DNA from: Dyella sp.
Lineage (GTDB): Bacteria > Pseudomonadota > Gammaproteobacteria > Xanthomonadales > Rhodanobacteraceae
DNA length: 24,000 nt
NCBI RefSeq assembly: GCF_035486915.1
Contig: NZ_DATHMR010000010.1
Location: 1-24,000 of the forward strand
Direction of reading: 5' to 3'
The notes beneath the pieces were generated by a model that saw only the letters and a list, made by a program, of their open reading frames with translations, was not told the DNA's origin and did no database searches. Shown piece by piece: positions 14,226 to 23,668 of the stretch. Made by a program: the position numbers and the translations under genes. Within the stretch, counting starts at the first letter, position 1. The number at the start of each line of letters is the position of its first letter.

Positions 14226-15878
14226 ATGGGGCCAAGACCGGGCTGGACAAAAAATTGGCTTGTGCAAGATATTGCGACTGGGCTGATTTACCTGGCCCTT
14301 TACCTTCTTGTGCGGCCACTTTCTCACAGCATCTGGATCGTCACTGCCGGCCTGCGCCTTAGCGCGTTGCTTTTGCTCCCCTATCGTCAGTGGCCTGCCC
14401 TGGTGATTGCAGATACTGCAGGCCTGCTCTATTACGACCTACCCTGCCTGGGTCAGTTCGGTCCACTCTTTGTAACTGTCGATTCCACATCTCCGTTCCT
14501 GCTGGCGGCGCCAGCTGTGTGGTGGTTTCGGACCAAGCAAGGGCTTTTCCCTTCGCATCGCATGGTCAAGGTAAAAGCCCTGCTCTGGTGTCTGGTCACT
14601 GCGACGTTGATCTGGACCGCCGGTAGCATGGTTACCGTACAGACGCTCCCCCTTCCCTATTCACAAATGGGCTCTACCCCAACCTATGTGCTGTACACCG
14701 CGCTGGGCAAGTTGGTAGGCATTCTTACCTTTGTGCCGCTTGCACTGTGCTTCAAACTGCGCGACACGTCTGTTCCTTTGACAAGCCAAATCAAGCGTGT
14801 ATTCACCAGCCGGCTTGCTGTCGACGCCCTTGTCGTGGTTCTGCCGACATTGCTGGCATTGTTCTTGCTGTCCCGCCACGGCCAGCAGGAATCAAAAGAC
14901 GTTATTCGGATCTTCATGTTCGTACCTGTCGGCTGGCTCACGCTTAGACACGGCTGGAGGGCAGCAAGCTTCGGTACGGCCATCGTCATGTCCGCACTGT
15001 TCATAAACATGGCGCACGTCCCGAACCCGGCGCTGGTCCAAACCCAGGCATTTATTTGTTTTACCACTGTGTCGTTACTGGTACTTGGCGCGCGCACGAG
15101 TAGCGAAAACCTGTTCCAAGAACGGGAGCGCCTGGAAGCGAAGGAAGCACTGAGGCTGGCGCAGCAAGGGCTGTATTTGTGCGAAGTGAGAATGCGGCAG
15201 ACCGCTTACAACCTAGAGCAGATCGCAGGCACTTTGCAGGTCACTCATAACGGAATCTTGAAGCGTTTCCGGCACATGATTTCGCTGACGGAAAGTCAGA
15301 ATTTCTTCCGCCAGGCGAGCGCCACGAACGCGCAAATCTACCAGTTAGCCGATTCCCTGCACCCTCTTTCGTGGCGTGAGAAGGGGTTGCCGTCCGCGCT
15401 CCGCGAATCCATCGGCCGGACCTTGGACGAACAAGGATTTGTGTATCACTGCTCGCTTGAGGGGAGAGGCCTAAGCAAGCTTTCGCCGGGCGTGCATTCG
15501 GCCATTTATAGGTTTGCGTGCGAGGCTGCCGTATACGTTTGCGAAAACTTTGCCTGCTCGCACGTCTATCTGACGCTACGCGGCGGGTTTTCGCATGGGC
15601 AACGCTGGGTCGTGATTCGACTTGAGGGCAAACAAATGCCTAGCGATATCAACGACCCTGTCTTTAGAAACACAAGCTCCAGTCAGCTCGCAACCAAATT
15701 GGGCACACAAGGACTGGGATTAGACTCGATGCGATCCTATGCGCATCTGTTTGATGGCTGCATGCACGTTAGAGCAGCTTCGGACTCACTGAGAATAACC
15801 GCGCTCCTGCACGATATTAATAAGGCTAAGATCGAACAGCAGAGCGACTCGGTTCCGCTAGCGATGTATCTTCGTTAG
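14226..15878 (+). CDS. UhpB-like membrane sensor: MASE1-type multi-TM domain + HisKA_3-like dimerisation region + degenerate HATPase-like domain (probable pseudokinase)
   Basis: The N-terminal ~300 aa are polytopic and resemble the E. coli UhpB MASE1 region (GLRLSALLLLPYRQWPALV vs GLRLGLMLQCPRKYWPVLL; VGWLTLRHGWRAASFGTAIVMSAL vs [21 protein letters not shown]). The C-terminal part aligns to UhpB DHp/CA (LHPLSWREKGLPSALRE vs LRPRQLDDLTLEQAIRS; QGLGLDSMRSYAHLFDGCMHV vs [21 protein letters not shown]). The start is uncertain: ATG 14226 with a G-rich RBS, or GTG 14139. Confidence 0.75.
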   Translation: MGPRPGWTKNWLVQDIATGLIYLALYLLVRPLSHSIWIVTAGLRLSALLLLPYRQWPALVIADTAGLLYYDLPCLGQFGPLFVTVDSTSPFLLAAPAVWWFRTKQGLFPSHRMVKVKALLWCLVTATLIWTAGSMVTVQTLPLPYSQMGSTPTYVLYTALGKLVGILTFVPLALCFKLRDTSVPLTSQIKRVFTSRLAVDALVVVLPTLLALFLLSRHGQQESKDVIRIFMFVPVGWLTLRHGWRAASFGTAIVMSALFINMAHVPNPALVQTQAFICFTTVSLLVLGARTSSENLFQERERLEAKEALRLAQQGLYLCEVRMRQTAYNLEQIAGTLQVTHNGILKRFRHMISLTESQNFFRQASATNAQIYQLADSLHPLSWREKGLPSALRESIGRTLDEQGFVYHCSLEGRGLSKLSPGVHSAIYRFACEAAVYVCENFACSHVYLTLRGGFSHGQRWVVIRLEGKQMPSDINDPVFRNTSSSQLATKLGTQGLGLDSMRSYAHLFDGCMHVRAASDSLRITALLHDINKAKIEQQSDSVPLAMYLR

Positions 15879-15897
15879 TCCAAAGAATTCATTAGCT

Positions 15898-15945
15898 CAA
15901 GCAAATAGCCACCCGATCAAGGGTGGCTATTTGCTTGCTTTTCTC
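15898..15945 (+). terminator. Strong rho-independent terminator between convergent genes
   Basis: caagcaaatagccaccc-gatcaa-gggtggctatttgcttg is a 17-bp perfect stem followed by CTTTTCT. It lies 20 nt after the stop of the sensor gene. Confidence 0.8.
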
Positions 15946-16012
15946 GCGTCATACTCACAGGGCGTAGTGCGTCAGCAAAGTAACTAGCGACGCGCTGCCA
16001 GGGTTGTGCAGG

Positions 16013-16513
16013 TCAATGGGTGGTGGACGCCGCAGGCGCTCCTACCTGCCCCGATACGCCAATAACTGCACAATCCGGCGGCTCGCATGCGTTGTCCAAT
16101 ACAGTGACCGTATTGACGGTAACGTGGCCATTCTGCTTTGGCGTGGCAGTCAACGTCACGCCCTTGTCGTTATAAACCGTCTCGGATGCGTTGCTGGTTT
16201 GAGGCGACGCCGAATGCGTTGCGTCACCTGCATCCAATCCGATCGGCAGCGTAAGTACCACGCCATTGGCAACCGCAACGGCTGCACGAACGTTGCCGTT
16301 GAGATCATTGACCTGGAAGTAGCGAATACCGTCTTTGTAGAACACGTAAACGTGATAGTGCGGACTTGTGCTTACGTCCGCAGCGTTTGGCCACGACTGA
16401 CCTAGTCCCGTGACTGCGTCCGCGTTCTGTTGAGCGAGCGCAGGTACAGCGGATAAGAGGGTGCAGATGCAGAAGCCACCGACTAACGCCAATGAACGCG
16501 GTATACGAACCAT
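16013..16513 (-). CDS. Secreted hypothetical protein (166 aa)
   Basis: ATG 16511-16513 has a G-rich RBS (GAGAGGGGGG). The signal peptide is MVRIPRSLALVGGFCICTLLSAVPALA/QQ. The mature part is beta-like (HYHVYVFYKDGIRYFQVNDLNGNVRAAVAVANGVVLTLPIG) with a Cys pair near the C-terminus. No family recognised. Confidence 0.7.
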   Translation of the reverse strand: MVRIPRSLALVGGFCICTLLSAVPALAQQNADAVTGLGQSWPNAADVSTSPHYHVYVFYKDGIRYFQVNDLNGNVRAAVAVANGVVLTLPIGLDAGDATHSASPQTSNASETVYNDKGVTLTATPKQNGHVTVNTVTVLDNACEPPDCAVIGVSGQVGAPAASTTH

Positions 16514-16893
16514 ACTGCCCCCTCTCGATGATGACTCTTGGCACGATTGCCTCTGCTAAATCTATCAGCAAAATGCTGAAAACCATGTCTAGCTTCGCAC
16601 TTTGATCAGTGTGCATTTAAGCAACGAATTACTAGAACGATCCAAGTGTCGCAATTCCTCTCGTTGCGCAGATTGTTCGTCACAAAATATTGACGAACCT
16701 GTTGTCAAAGCGATGTGTTGAACGATGCTTAGGAAACGCATGTCGTACTTAAAGGTTGAAGCACTCGGAGTTGCCCTATTAGTGAACTGCGAATGCAGAA
16801 GCAGACGACGCGCGGATCGTCTGAACCGAGCTTCGTCGCCCCATGAGCGGGCGGTCGCCCGACGGCCCCGAACCAACCCTCGGCCCCGGCGGG

Positions 16894-16922
16894 AGCACCA
16901 CCCTGGCACCCCCTGATACAAT
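16894..16922 (+). promoter_or_regulatory. Candidate sigma70 promoter of the aldehyde dehydrogenase gene (extended -10)
   Basis: CTGGCA (16894-16899), a 17-nt spacer containing TG at 16914-16915, then TACAAT (16917-16922), giving TGaTACAAT. It lies about 50 nt upstream of ATG 16974, with a small hairpin gcaccc-tcg-ggtgc and AGGAG in the leader. Confidence 0.4.
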
Positions 16923-16973
16923 GGGCGTTTCCCCATTTAGGGCACCCTCGGGTGCTACGGCTCAGGAGCACGC

Positions 16974-18509
16974 ATGTCCCACGATATCCTCAAGGCGCTT
17001 GGCCTTACCGGCGAGCAGTCGGGTACCTATCTCGGCAAGGGCGAGTGGTCCAAAACCACCAGCGCCGGCACGCTGCAACCGCTGAATCCAGCCACCGGCG
17101 AGGTCATCGGCACCGTGCACGCCTCCAGCGCCGCCGATTACGAGACCATCGTGACCCGTGCCCAGGACGCCTTCAAAGTGTGGCGCATCACCCCTGCCCC
17201 GCAGCGTGGCGAGGCCGTTCGCCTGTGCGGCGAAGCCCTGCGCAAGCACAAAGATGCGCTCGGTTCGCTGGTGGCGCTGGAAATGGGCAAGATCAAGCCC
17301 GAGGGCGACGGCGAAGTGCAGGAGATGATCGACATCGCCGATTTCGCGGTCGGTCAAAGCCGCATGCTCTATGGCTACACCATGCATTCGGAGCGCCCGG
17401 GCCATCGCATGTACGAGCAGTATCAGCCGCTCGGTATCGTGGGCATCATCAGCGCGTTCAACTTCCCCGTGGCGGTATGGGCGTGGAATGCCATGCTTGC
17501 TGCGATCTGCGGCGATATCTGCATCTGGAAGCCCTCGCCCAAGACGCCGCTGTCGGCGATTGCGACAATGAAGATCTGCAACGAAGCGCTGAAGGCTGCC
17601 GGTTATCCGGATCTGTTCTTCCTCTTCAACGATGCTGGCGTCGAACTCTCGCAGAAGTTCGTCGACGACAAGCGTATTCCGCTGATCAGCTTCACGGGCT
17701 CGACGAAAGTGGGCCGCCATGTGGGCGAGCGCGTGGCGCAGCGCATGGGTCGCTCCTTGCTGGAACTGGGTGGCAACAACGCGATCATCGTGGACGAAAG
17801 CGCCGATCTGAAACTGGCGATTCCGGCGATTGTGTTCGGCGCGGTGGGGACGGCCGGTCAGCGTTGCACGACGACGCGTCGCCTGTTTGTGCATGAATCC
17901 ATCATCAACGATGTCACCGAAAAACTCATTACTGCGTACAAGCAGGTCGAAGGCAAGATCGGTGATCCGACGCTTGCGACGACGCTGATGGGCCCGCTCA
18001 ACAGCAAGGAAGCCGTGACCGCTTATCTCGCCGCTATCGAAAAGGCCAAGGCCAGCGGTGGCACGGTTCGCACCGGTGGCGCGGCGCTGACCGACCGCAA
18101 GGGCAACTTCGTACTGCCGGCCCTCGTCACGGGCTTGAAGAACAGCGACGACGTCGTGCAAACGGAAACCTTCGCGCCGATCCTCTATGTCATGCCCTTC
18201 AAGACGCTGGATGAAGCGATCGAACTGCAGAACAGCGTGCCGCAAGGTCTGTCGTCGTCGATCTTTACGCAGAATCTGAAGTCGGCCGAACAGTACCTGT
18301 CGTCGGCCGGTTCCGATTGCGGTATCGCCAACGTCAACATCGGTACCTCCGGTGCGGAAATCGGTGGTGCATTCGGTGGCGAGAAAGAAACGGGCGGTGG
18401 TCGCGAATCCGGCTCGGATGCATGGAAGGTCTACATGCGCCGTCAGACCAACACCATCAACTATTCGAACTCGCTGCCGTTGGCACAAGGCATCAAGTTC
18501 GATCTGTAA
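16974..18509 (+). CDS. amaB: ALDH7-family aldehyde dehydrogenase (L-piperidine-6-carboxylate / alpha-aminoadipic semialdehyde dehydrogenase type)
   Basis: 511 aa. The N-terminus [36 protein letters not shown] and the block [32 protein letters not shown] are characteristic of the antiquitin/AmaB subfamily. Generic ALDH motifs are present ([22 protein letters not shown] with catalytic Cys, ETFAPIL). AGGAG RBS. Confidence 0.9.
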   Translation: MSHDILKALGLTGEQSGTYLGKGEWSKTTSAGTLQPLNPATGEVIGTVHASSAADYETIVTRAQDAFKVWRITPAPQRGEAVRLCGEALRKHKDALGSLVALEMGKIKPEGDGEVQEMIDIADFAVGQSRMLYGYTMHSERPGHRMYEQYQPLGIVGIISAFNFPVAVWAWNAMLAAICGDICIWKPSPKTPLSAIATMKICNEALKAAGYPDLFFLFNDAGVELSQKFVDDKRIPLISFTGSTKVGRHVGERVAQRMGRSLLELGGNNAIIVDESADLKLAIPAIVFGAVGTAGQRCTTTRRLFVHESIINDVTEKLITAYKQVEGKIGDPTLATTLMGPLNSKEAVTAYLAAIEKAKASGGTVRTGGAALTDRKGNFVLPALVTGLKNSDDVVQTETFAPILYVMPFKTLDEAIELQNSVPQGLSSSIFTQNLKSAEQYLSSAGSDCGIANVNIGTSGAEIGGAFGGEKETGGGRESGSDAWKVYMRRQTNTINYSNSLPLAQGIKFDL

Positions 18510-18521
18510 TCGCGCGAACGT

Positions 18522-18552
18522 CCAGTGGTGTCGTACGCCACGACACCACTGG
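18522..18552 (+). terminator. GC-rich hairpin after the aldehyde dehydrogenase gene
   Basis: ccagtggtgtcgt-acgcc-acgacaccactgg is a perfect 13-bp stem located 13 nt past the stop. It has no U-tract, so it may be a rho-dependent or stabilising element rather than a classic terminator. Confidence 0.45.
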
Positions 18553-18646
18553 GCTGCCGCTCGCGTTGCGAGCGTGATGACCGCGGCACCGGGGTACGGC
18601 GAGTGCCGCTACACTAGCGCCACTTCGGACGCAGAGAGGAAATGCC

Positions 18647-18940
18647 ATGAGCTATCAGCCTCCCGTTTATCGCTCCACGTCGTCGCTGGCCATCGTCAGT
18701 CTGGTTTTCGGTATTTCCACATGGTTTGTGCTGCCGTTCGTGGGTGCCGTCGTCGCCATTGTTTGTGGACACATGGCCCGCAATGAAATTCGCCGCGCAC
18801 CGGCTGGAACGCTGGAAGGCGACGGCATGGCCATCGCTGGTTTGGTGCTGGGATACGTTCATCTCGCCCTGATGTGTCTGATTGTGCTCATCGCCATCGT
18901 GCTGATGCTGCTCGGTTTCAGTTTCTGGCATTGGCACTAA
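18647..18940 (+). CDS. DUF4190-type small membrane protein
   Basis: 97 aa. SLAIVSLVFGISTWFVLPFVGAVVAIVCGHMARNEIRR....G.GMAIAGLVLGYVHLAL is the typical DUF4190 two-TM pattern. RBS is GAGAGGAA. Confidence 0.8.
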   Translation: MSYQPPVYRSTSSLAIVSLVFGISTWFVLPFVGAVVAIVCGHMARNEIRRAPAGTLEGDGMAIAGLVLGYVHLALMCLIVLIAIVLMLLGFSFWHWH

Positions 18941-18962
18941 GGTTCGACAACGGAGCCGCCGC

Positions 18963-19730
18963 ATGAAAGACCTTCGCTCCACCGAACGCTTCAGCGACCG
19001 CGTTGCGGACTACGTCCGCTATCGGCCGGATTACCCTGCGGCGCTGCTGGAGTGGCTGCACTCGGCACAAGGCGTAACGCCAGACTGGCGTGTCGCCGAT
19101 GTCGGTGCCGGAACGGGCATTTCATCCAAAATGTTCCTCGACGCGGGACATTCGGTCGTTGCGGTGGAACCCAACGCCGCGATGCGCAACGCAGCGTTGG
19201 AATGGCTAGGCAGCAATCCAAAGTTCAAGGCCCTCGACGGACGCGCGGATGCGACGACGCTCGGCGATGACAGTATGGATATTGTCTCCGTCGCACAGGC
19301 TTTTCACTGGTTTGATCCGGCAGCTACGCGACGTGAGTTTCATCGCATTCTTCGCCCCGGCGGTCTAGCGGCGATCTACTGGAACTCACGCCGATTGACC
19401 AGCACGCCTTTTCTGGTCGGTTACGAAGCGCTGCTGCAGACCTACGGCACCGATTACACCAGCGTCGCCGAGCGCTATGGCGATGAACCGAGCATGCGCC
19501 AGTGGTTCGGTGAAGGATGGCGCGGAACGGCCGAATTCGATCATTGCCAGTTACTGGATTTTGAAGCGCTGCGCGGACGTTTGATGTCTTCCTCCTATGC
19601 ACCGAAACCGGAACATCCCAACCACGAACCGATGATCGCCGCACTGCGCAAACTGTTCGACAAATGCGCTGTCGACGGGCACGTCAGTTTCGATTACGAC
19701 ACACGCGTTTACGTCGGCGAGGTGCCTTGA
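18963..19730 (+). CDS. Class I SAM-dependent methyltransferase
   Basis: Motif I is VADVGAGTGISSKMFLDAGHSVVAVEPNAAMR, and the post-I/II regions are DIVSVAQAFHWFD and LRPGGLAAIYWN. GGAG RBS. The gene ends 3 nt before pyrD. Confidence 0.85.
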   Translation: MKDLRSTERFSDRVADYVRYRPDYPAALLEWLHSAQGVTPDWRVADVGAGTGISSKMFLDAGHSVVAVEPNAAMRNAALEWLGSNPKFKALDGRADATTLGDDSMDIVSVAQAFHWFDPAATRREFHRILRPGGLAAIYWNSRRLTSTPFLVGYEALLQTYGTDYTSVAERYGDEPSMRQWFGEGWRGTAEFDHCQLLDFEALRGRLMSSSYAPKPEHPNHEPMIAALRKLFDKCAVDGHVSFDYDTRVYVGEVP

Positions 19731-19733
19731 CGC

Positions 19734-20771
19734 ATGTACGACTGGATTCGTCCGCTGCTCTTCAAACTGGATGCCGAGACGGCACATGGATTGACGCTAT
19801 ACGGTCTGGGCGTCGCACATCGCAGCAACCTCGGAAGCTTTGTTGTGAGAGAGCCTGGGGATCTGCCCACCACGGCGTTCGGGCTGCATTTTCCCAATCC
19901 GGTCGGTCTCGCCGCAGGGCTGGACAAAAATGCCTCGCATCTGGACGCGTTGGGCTCCCTTGGTTTTGGCTTCATCGAAGTCGGCACCGTGACGCCACGT
20001 CCGCAAGTCGGCAACGAGCGCCCTCGCCTTTTTCGCTTGCCTGAGCACGAAGCGATCATCAATCGAATGGGCTTTAACAACGACGGCGTGGATGCATTGG
20101 TGCGCAATGTGCAGCAATCCCGGTATGAAGGCGTGCTAGGCATCAACATCGGCAAGAACAAGGACACCCCCAACGACAAAGCGGTGGATGATTACCTGTT
20201 CTGCCTCGAGCGCGTCTATCAACACGCCAGTTATATCACTGTCAACATCTCTTCACCCAATACCAAAGGCCTGCGCGACTTGCAGGAAGAAGCGACACTA
20301 CGACGCTTTATCGAAACACTTCGCGAAGCGCAGGAGCGCCTTGGCTCGCAGAGTGGTTCACGCAAGCCCATGCTGCTGAAGATCGCGCCCGATCTTACGG
20401 AAGCCGAACTGGACAGCATCGCTGAAGTGCTAATCGCGGCAAACGTCGATGGCGTGATTTGCACCAATACGACAATCGATCATTCGGCGGTCGCAGACGA
20501 TCCGCATGGCCATGAAACGGGAGGCTTGTCGGGCAAGCCGCTTTTCCTGCGCTCCACAGAAGTGGTACGGGGCATGAAGCAGCGCTTAGGCGATCGTGTA
20601 GGCATCGTCGGTGTCGGCGGTATCCTCGAAGGCGACGACGCTGCGGAAAAAATGGAAGCAGGTGCATCGCTGGTGCAGATTTATTCCGGGCTGATCTATC
20701 ACGGCCCTTCGCTTATTGGCGAATGCGTCAACGAGATCCGCCGCCGCCAGGAACATCGCGATGGCCGTTGA
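19734..20771 (+). CDS. pyrD: Dihydroorotate dehydrogenase (quinone), class 2
   Basis: [22 protein letters not shown]..., [32 protein letters not shown]......[31 protein letters not shown] and GVGGI all match the E. coli-type PyrD pattern. Confidence 0.95.
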   Translation: MYDWIRPLLFKLDAETAHGLTLYGLGVAHRSNLGSFVVREPGDLPTTAFGLHFPNPVGLAAGLDKNASHLDALGSLGFGFIEVGTVTPRPQVGNERPRLFRLPEHEAIINRMGFNNDGVDALVRNVQQSRYEGVLGINIGKNKDTPNDKAVDDYLFCLERVYQHASYITVNISSPNTKGLRDLQEEATLRRFIETLREAQERLGSQSGSRKPMLLKIAPDLTEAELDSIAEVLIAANVDGVICTNTTIDHSAVADDPHGHETGGLSGKPLFLRSTEVVRGMKQRLGDRVGIVGVGGILEGDDAAEKMEAGASLVQIYSGLIYHGPSLIGECVNEIRRRQEHRDGR

Positions 20772-21810
20772 GCGTATCGACATGGGTGGCTACACCCTGA
20801 TTGAAAACGCGCCGCTAGCGACGCGTAACACACTGCGTGTCGCCGCGCGTGCAAAACTGCTCGCCGAAGTGCGCGATGCCACCAAACTGCCTGAATTGCT
20901 GGATTTTCCGGCCATTCGCGGCAGCCGCCCGTTTATTTTGGGCGAAGGCAGCAATGTACTCATCACCGGCGATATCGATGGCACCGTCATCGCCATGGAT
21001 ACGCGCGGCGTGCATGTCGAACAGGACGGCGACGTTGCCCGTATCGCCGTGGCGGCCGGCGAGCGCTGGGATGACTTCGTGCGCTGGACGCTCGGCCAGG
21101 GTTTCGCCGGCCTCGAAAACCTGATTCTCATTCCCGGCACGGTAGGTGCCGCACCTATTCAGAACATCGGCGCTTACGGCACCGAAGTGGCGGAGTTCAT
21201 CGAAAGCGTCGAAGCATGGGATCTGATCGAGCGTCGTGTTGTCACGTTGGGTCGCGACGCTTGTGCATTCGCCTATCGCGATTCCCTGTTCAAACACGAA
21301 CCGGACCGTTTCATCGTGACAGCCGTACGCTTCGCACTACCGCGCAGCCACGCACTGCGGCTGGACTATGCCGGCATTCGCGAAGAGCTGGAGCGGATGG
21401 GTGTCGACAAACCCGCGCCGTTCCACGTCGCCGAAGCCGTGGTGCATCTGCGCACCCGCAAACTGCCCGATCCAGCCGTGATCGGCAACGCCGGCAGCTT
21501 CTTCAAGAACCCCATCGTCGATGCCGCGCAGGGCGAAGCGCTAAAGCGCGAACATGACCAATTGGTGGCATGGCCAGGGCGTGACTCGCGCTGGAAACTC
21601 TCGGCCGCATGGCTGATCGAAGCAGCGGGTTTCAAAGGCATGCGCGACGGTGACGCGGGTATTTCCAACCGCCATGCGCTGGTGCTGGTCAATCATGGCA
21701 AAGCCACAGGCCAGGAATTGTGGGCGTTTGCGCAACGTGTCATCGAAGGCGTGCAAGCACGTTTCGGGGTGCGGCTGGAGCCGGAACCCATGGTGATTGG
21801 CGCACGCTGA
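20761..21810 (+). CDS. murB: UDP-N-acetylenolpyruvoylglucosamine reductase (UDP-N-acetylmuramate dehydrogenase)
   Basis: The sequence aligns along its length with E. coli MurB: [45 protein letters not shown]...[24 protein letters not shown]...IGA. The start is ambiguous. ATG 20761 (AGGAA RBS, overlaps the pyrD stop by 11 nt) is preferred over ATG 20782 or the track's 20716. Confidence 0.9.
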   Translation: MAVERIDMGGYTLIENAPLATRNTLRVAARAKLLAEVRDATKLPELLDFPAIRGSRPFILGEGSNVLITGDIDGTVIAMDTRGVHVEQDGDVARIAVAAGERWDDFVRWTLGQGFAGLENLILIPGTVGAAPIQNIGAYGTEVAEFIESVEAWDLIERRVVTLGRDACAFAYRDSLFKHEPDRFIVTAVRFALPRSHALRLDYAGIREELERMGVDKPAPFHVAEAVVHLRTRKLPDPAVIGNAGSFFKNPIVDAAQGEALKREHDQLVAWPGRDSRWKLSAAWLIEAAGFKGMRDGDAGISNRHALVLVNHGKATGQELWAFAQRVIEGVQARFGVRLEPEPMVIGAR

Positions 21811-21899
21811 CCCGCTTTCTTCTTTTTCGCCTTCACGGAAATCAAAGCACTGCTTTGCGATGATCAAGGCCTTGCCTGGGTTACGAAAGGTGCTGTGCC

Positions 21900-23630
21900 A
21901 TGAGCATTCGCAACGTCGCCGATGTCCTCGTCGAAACACTGGCCCAAGCAGGCGTCAAGCGAATACATGGTCTGGTGGGCGACAGCCTCAACGGCATCAC
22001 CGAGTCGCTGCGCCAGCGCAAAGACATCGAGTGGATTCACTACCGGCATGAGGAAGCGGCGGCCTTTGCCGCGTGTGCCGAATCGCAATTGACAGGTGAG
22101 CTGGCCGTCTGCGCCGGCTCGTGCGGACCAGGCAACCTGCATCTGATCAACGGCCTCTACGACGCGCAACGGTCGCGGACACCGGTTCTAGCCATTGCGG
22201 CGCATATTCCTTCTGCAGAGATTGGCAGTGGGTATTTTCAGGAAACGCATCCGCAGAATCTTTTCCGCGAGTGCAGTCATTACTGCGAACTCGTCAGTAG
22301 CAACTCGCAGATTCATCGCGCGGCGGCGATCGCGATTCGCACTGCGGTTGGGCAGCGCGGTGTATCGGTGTTGGTCATTCCGGGCGACGTCGCGCTTTCC
22401 GAATCCAGCGGCCCTGTTGTTTCAGGTGTGAGTTTGCGTCCCGTTGCACCGAACATCACCCCTACCGATGAAGAGCTGAACAAACTCGCTGCATTGCTGG
22501 GCAGCGGCCGTAAGGTAACGCTGTTCTGCGGCCGCGGCTGTGCAGGCGCGCATGATGAAGTGATTCGGCTTGCCGAAACATTGAAAGCACCCGTGGTGCA
22601 TGCACTCGGCGGCAAGGAACATGTCGAATGGGACAACCCATACGACGTCGGCATGACGGGACTGATCGGCTTCAGTTCCGGCTACGAAGCCATGATGAAC
22701 TGCGACACCTTGTTGCTGCTCGGCACGGATTTTCCGTACCGGCAGTTCTTCCCGGACGACGCAAAAATCTGCCAGATCGACTTGCGCGCTGAAAACCTGG
22801 GACGCCGTTGCCGTCTGGACCTTGGATTGGTCGGCGATGTAGGCACGACCATTGCCGCGTTGCTTCCCAAATTGAAAGCGTCGAGCAGCGACGCCCATCT
22901 AAAGACGAGCCTTTCTAATTATCAGAAGGCTCGCGAAGGCCTGAACGACCTTGCCGTCGGCAAGGCGGGCAGCAAACCGATTCATCCGCAATACGTCGCC
23001 AAGGTCGTCAGCGATCTCGCCAGCGACGATGCCGTGTTCACGTGCGACGTTGGCACACCCACCATCTGGGCGGCGCGCTATCTGCATATGAACGGCAAGC
23101 GTCGTCTGCTCGGTTCATTCGTCCACGGCTCGATGGCCAACGCGATGCCGCAAGCGATTGGCGCACAGACGGCCTATCCGAACCGGCAAATTGTCAGTCT
23201 GTCTGGCGACGGTGGTTTCGCCATGCTCATGGGCGATCTACTCACACTGGTGCAACACAAGTTGCCGGTGAAGATTGTGGTCTTCAACAACGGCACACTG
23301 GGCTTCGTCGAGCTGGAAATGAAAGCGTCTGGTTTTCTGCCCGTTGGCGTAACGCTCGACAACCCGGATTTCTCAGCCGTGGCACGCGCAGCAGGCATTT
23401 ACGGCATACGTGTGGAAGATCCGGCCGATCTGGAAAAAGCCGTCGCGGACGCCTTCGCACACGAGGGCCCTGCTTTGGTCGATGTGGTCACCAATCGTCA
23501 GGAATTGTCGATGCCACCGAAGATCCAGCTGGATCAGGTAAAAGGTTTCAGTCTGTGGGCCCTTCGCACAGTAATGAACGGGCGGGGCGACGAGCTCATC
23601 GAATTGGCGCGCAGCAATCTGCGTCGTTGA
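21900..23630 (+). CDS. poxB: Pyruvate dehydrogenase (quinone) / pyruvate oxidase, ThDP- and FAD-dependent
   Basis: There is near-colinear identity to E. coli PoxB in long blocks: [89 protein letters not shown]. The ThDP motif GDGGF.ML.GD......N is also present. Confidence 0.93.
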   Translation: MSIRNVADVLVETLAQAGVKRIHGLVGDSLNGITESLRQRKDIEWIHYRHEEAAAFAACAESQLTGELAVCAGSCGPGNLHLINGLYDAQRSRTPVLAIAAHIPSAEIGSGYFQETHPQNLFRECSHYCELVSSNSQIHRAAAIAIRTAVGQRGVSVLVIPGDVALSESSGPVVSGVSLRPVAPNITPTDEELNKLAALLGSGRKVTLFCGRGCAGAHDEVIRLAETLKAPVVHALGGKEHVEWDNPYDVGMTGLIGFSSGYEAMMNCDTLLLLGTDFPYRQFFPDDAKICQIDLRAENLGRRCRLDLGLVGDVGTTIAALLPKLKASSSDAHLKTSLSNYQKAREGLNDLAVGKAGSKPIHPQYVAKVVSDLASDDAVFTCDVGTPTIWAARYLHMNGKRRLLGSFVHGSMANAMPQAIGAQTAYPNRQIVSLSGDGGFAMLMGDLLTLVQHKLPVKIVVFNNGTLGFVELEMKASGFLPVGVTLDNPDFSAVARAAGIYGIRVEDPADLEKAVADAFAHEGPALVDVVTNRQELSMPPKIQLDQVKGFSLWALRTVMNGRGDELIELARSNLRR

Positions 23631-23668
23631 CAAAAACCGTGTGCATGAGCTGACGCACACCACCTGAA

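Noticed and set aside
16047-16058. tgccccgatacg, resembling the 3' end of tRNA-Arg (tgcccccgatacg) and considered as a second att half-site
   Set aside because: The match is only about 12 nt and needs an indel. It lies on the 5' side of the tRNA (the wrong side for a 3'-end insertion) and inside a coding region.
16895-16912. TGGCAC-N5 motif upstream of amaB, considered as a sigma54 -24/-12 promoter
   Set aside because: The -12 element would read GATA rather than TTGC and the conserved GC dinucleotide is absent. The same region fits a sigma70 extended -10 promoter better.
16952-17896. 314-aa plus-strand ORF overlapping amaB in another frame
   Set aside because: It is extremely Arg-rich ([10 protein letters not shown]..., [17 protein letters not shown]) and has no RBS. 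It is an off-frame artefact of a GC-rich coding region.
16962-18488. 508-aa ORF antisense to the aldehyde dehydrogenase gene, almost its full length
   Set aside because: The translation is Arg/Ala/Gly-rich and low in complexity, with no recognisable motifs. It is the typical shadow ORF opposite a high-GC gene whose sense strand has an unambiguous ALDH match.
20761-20771. 11-nt overlap of pyrD and murB, and the 3-nt gap between the methyltransferase and pyrD, considered as unusual coupling
   Set aside because: Short overlaps and gaps are ordinary translational coupling in operons, and the murB start itself is ambiguous (20761 vs 20782). Nothing is anomalous.
23042-23653. 203-aa off-frame plus-strand ORF inside poxB, and the antisense ORFs at 22422-22898 and 23373-23717
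   Set aside because: All are nested in a gene with near-colinear similarity to E. coli PoxB. Their products are Arg/Gly/Ser-rich with no motifs.
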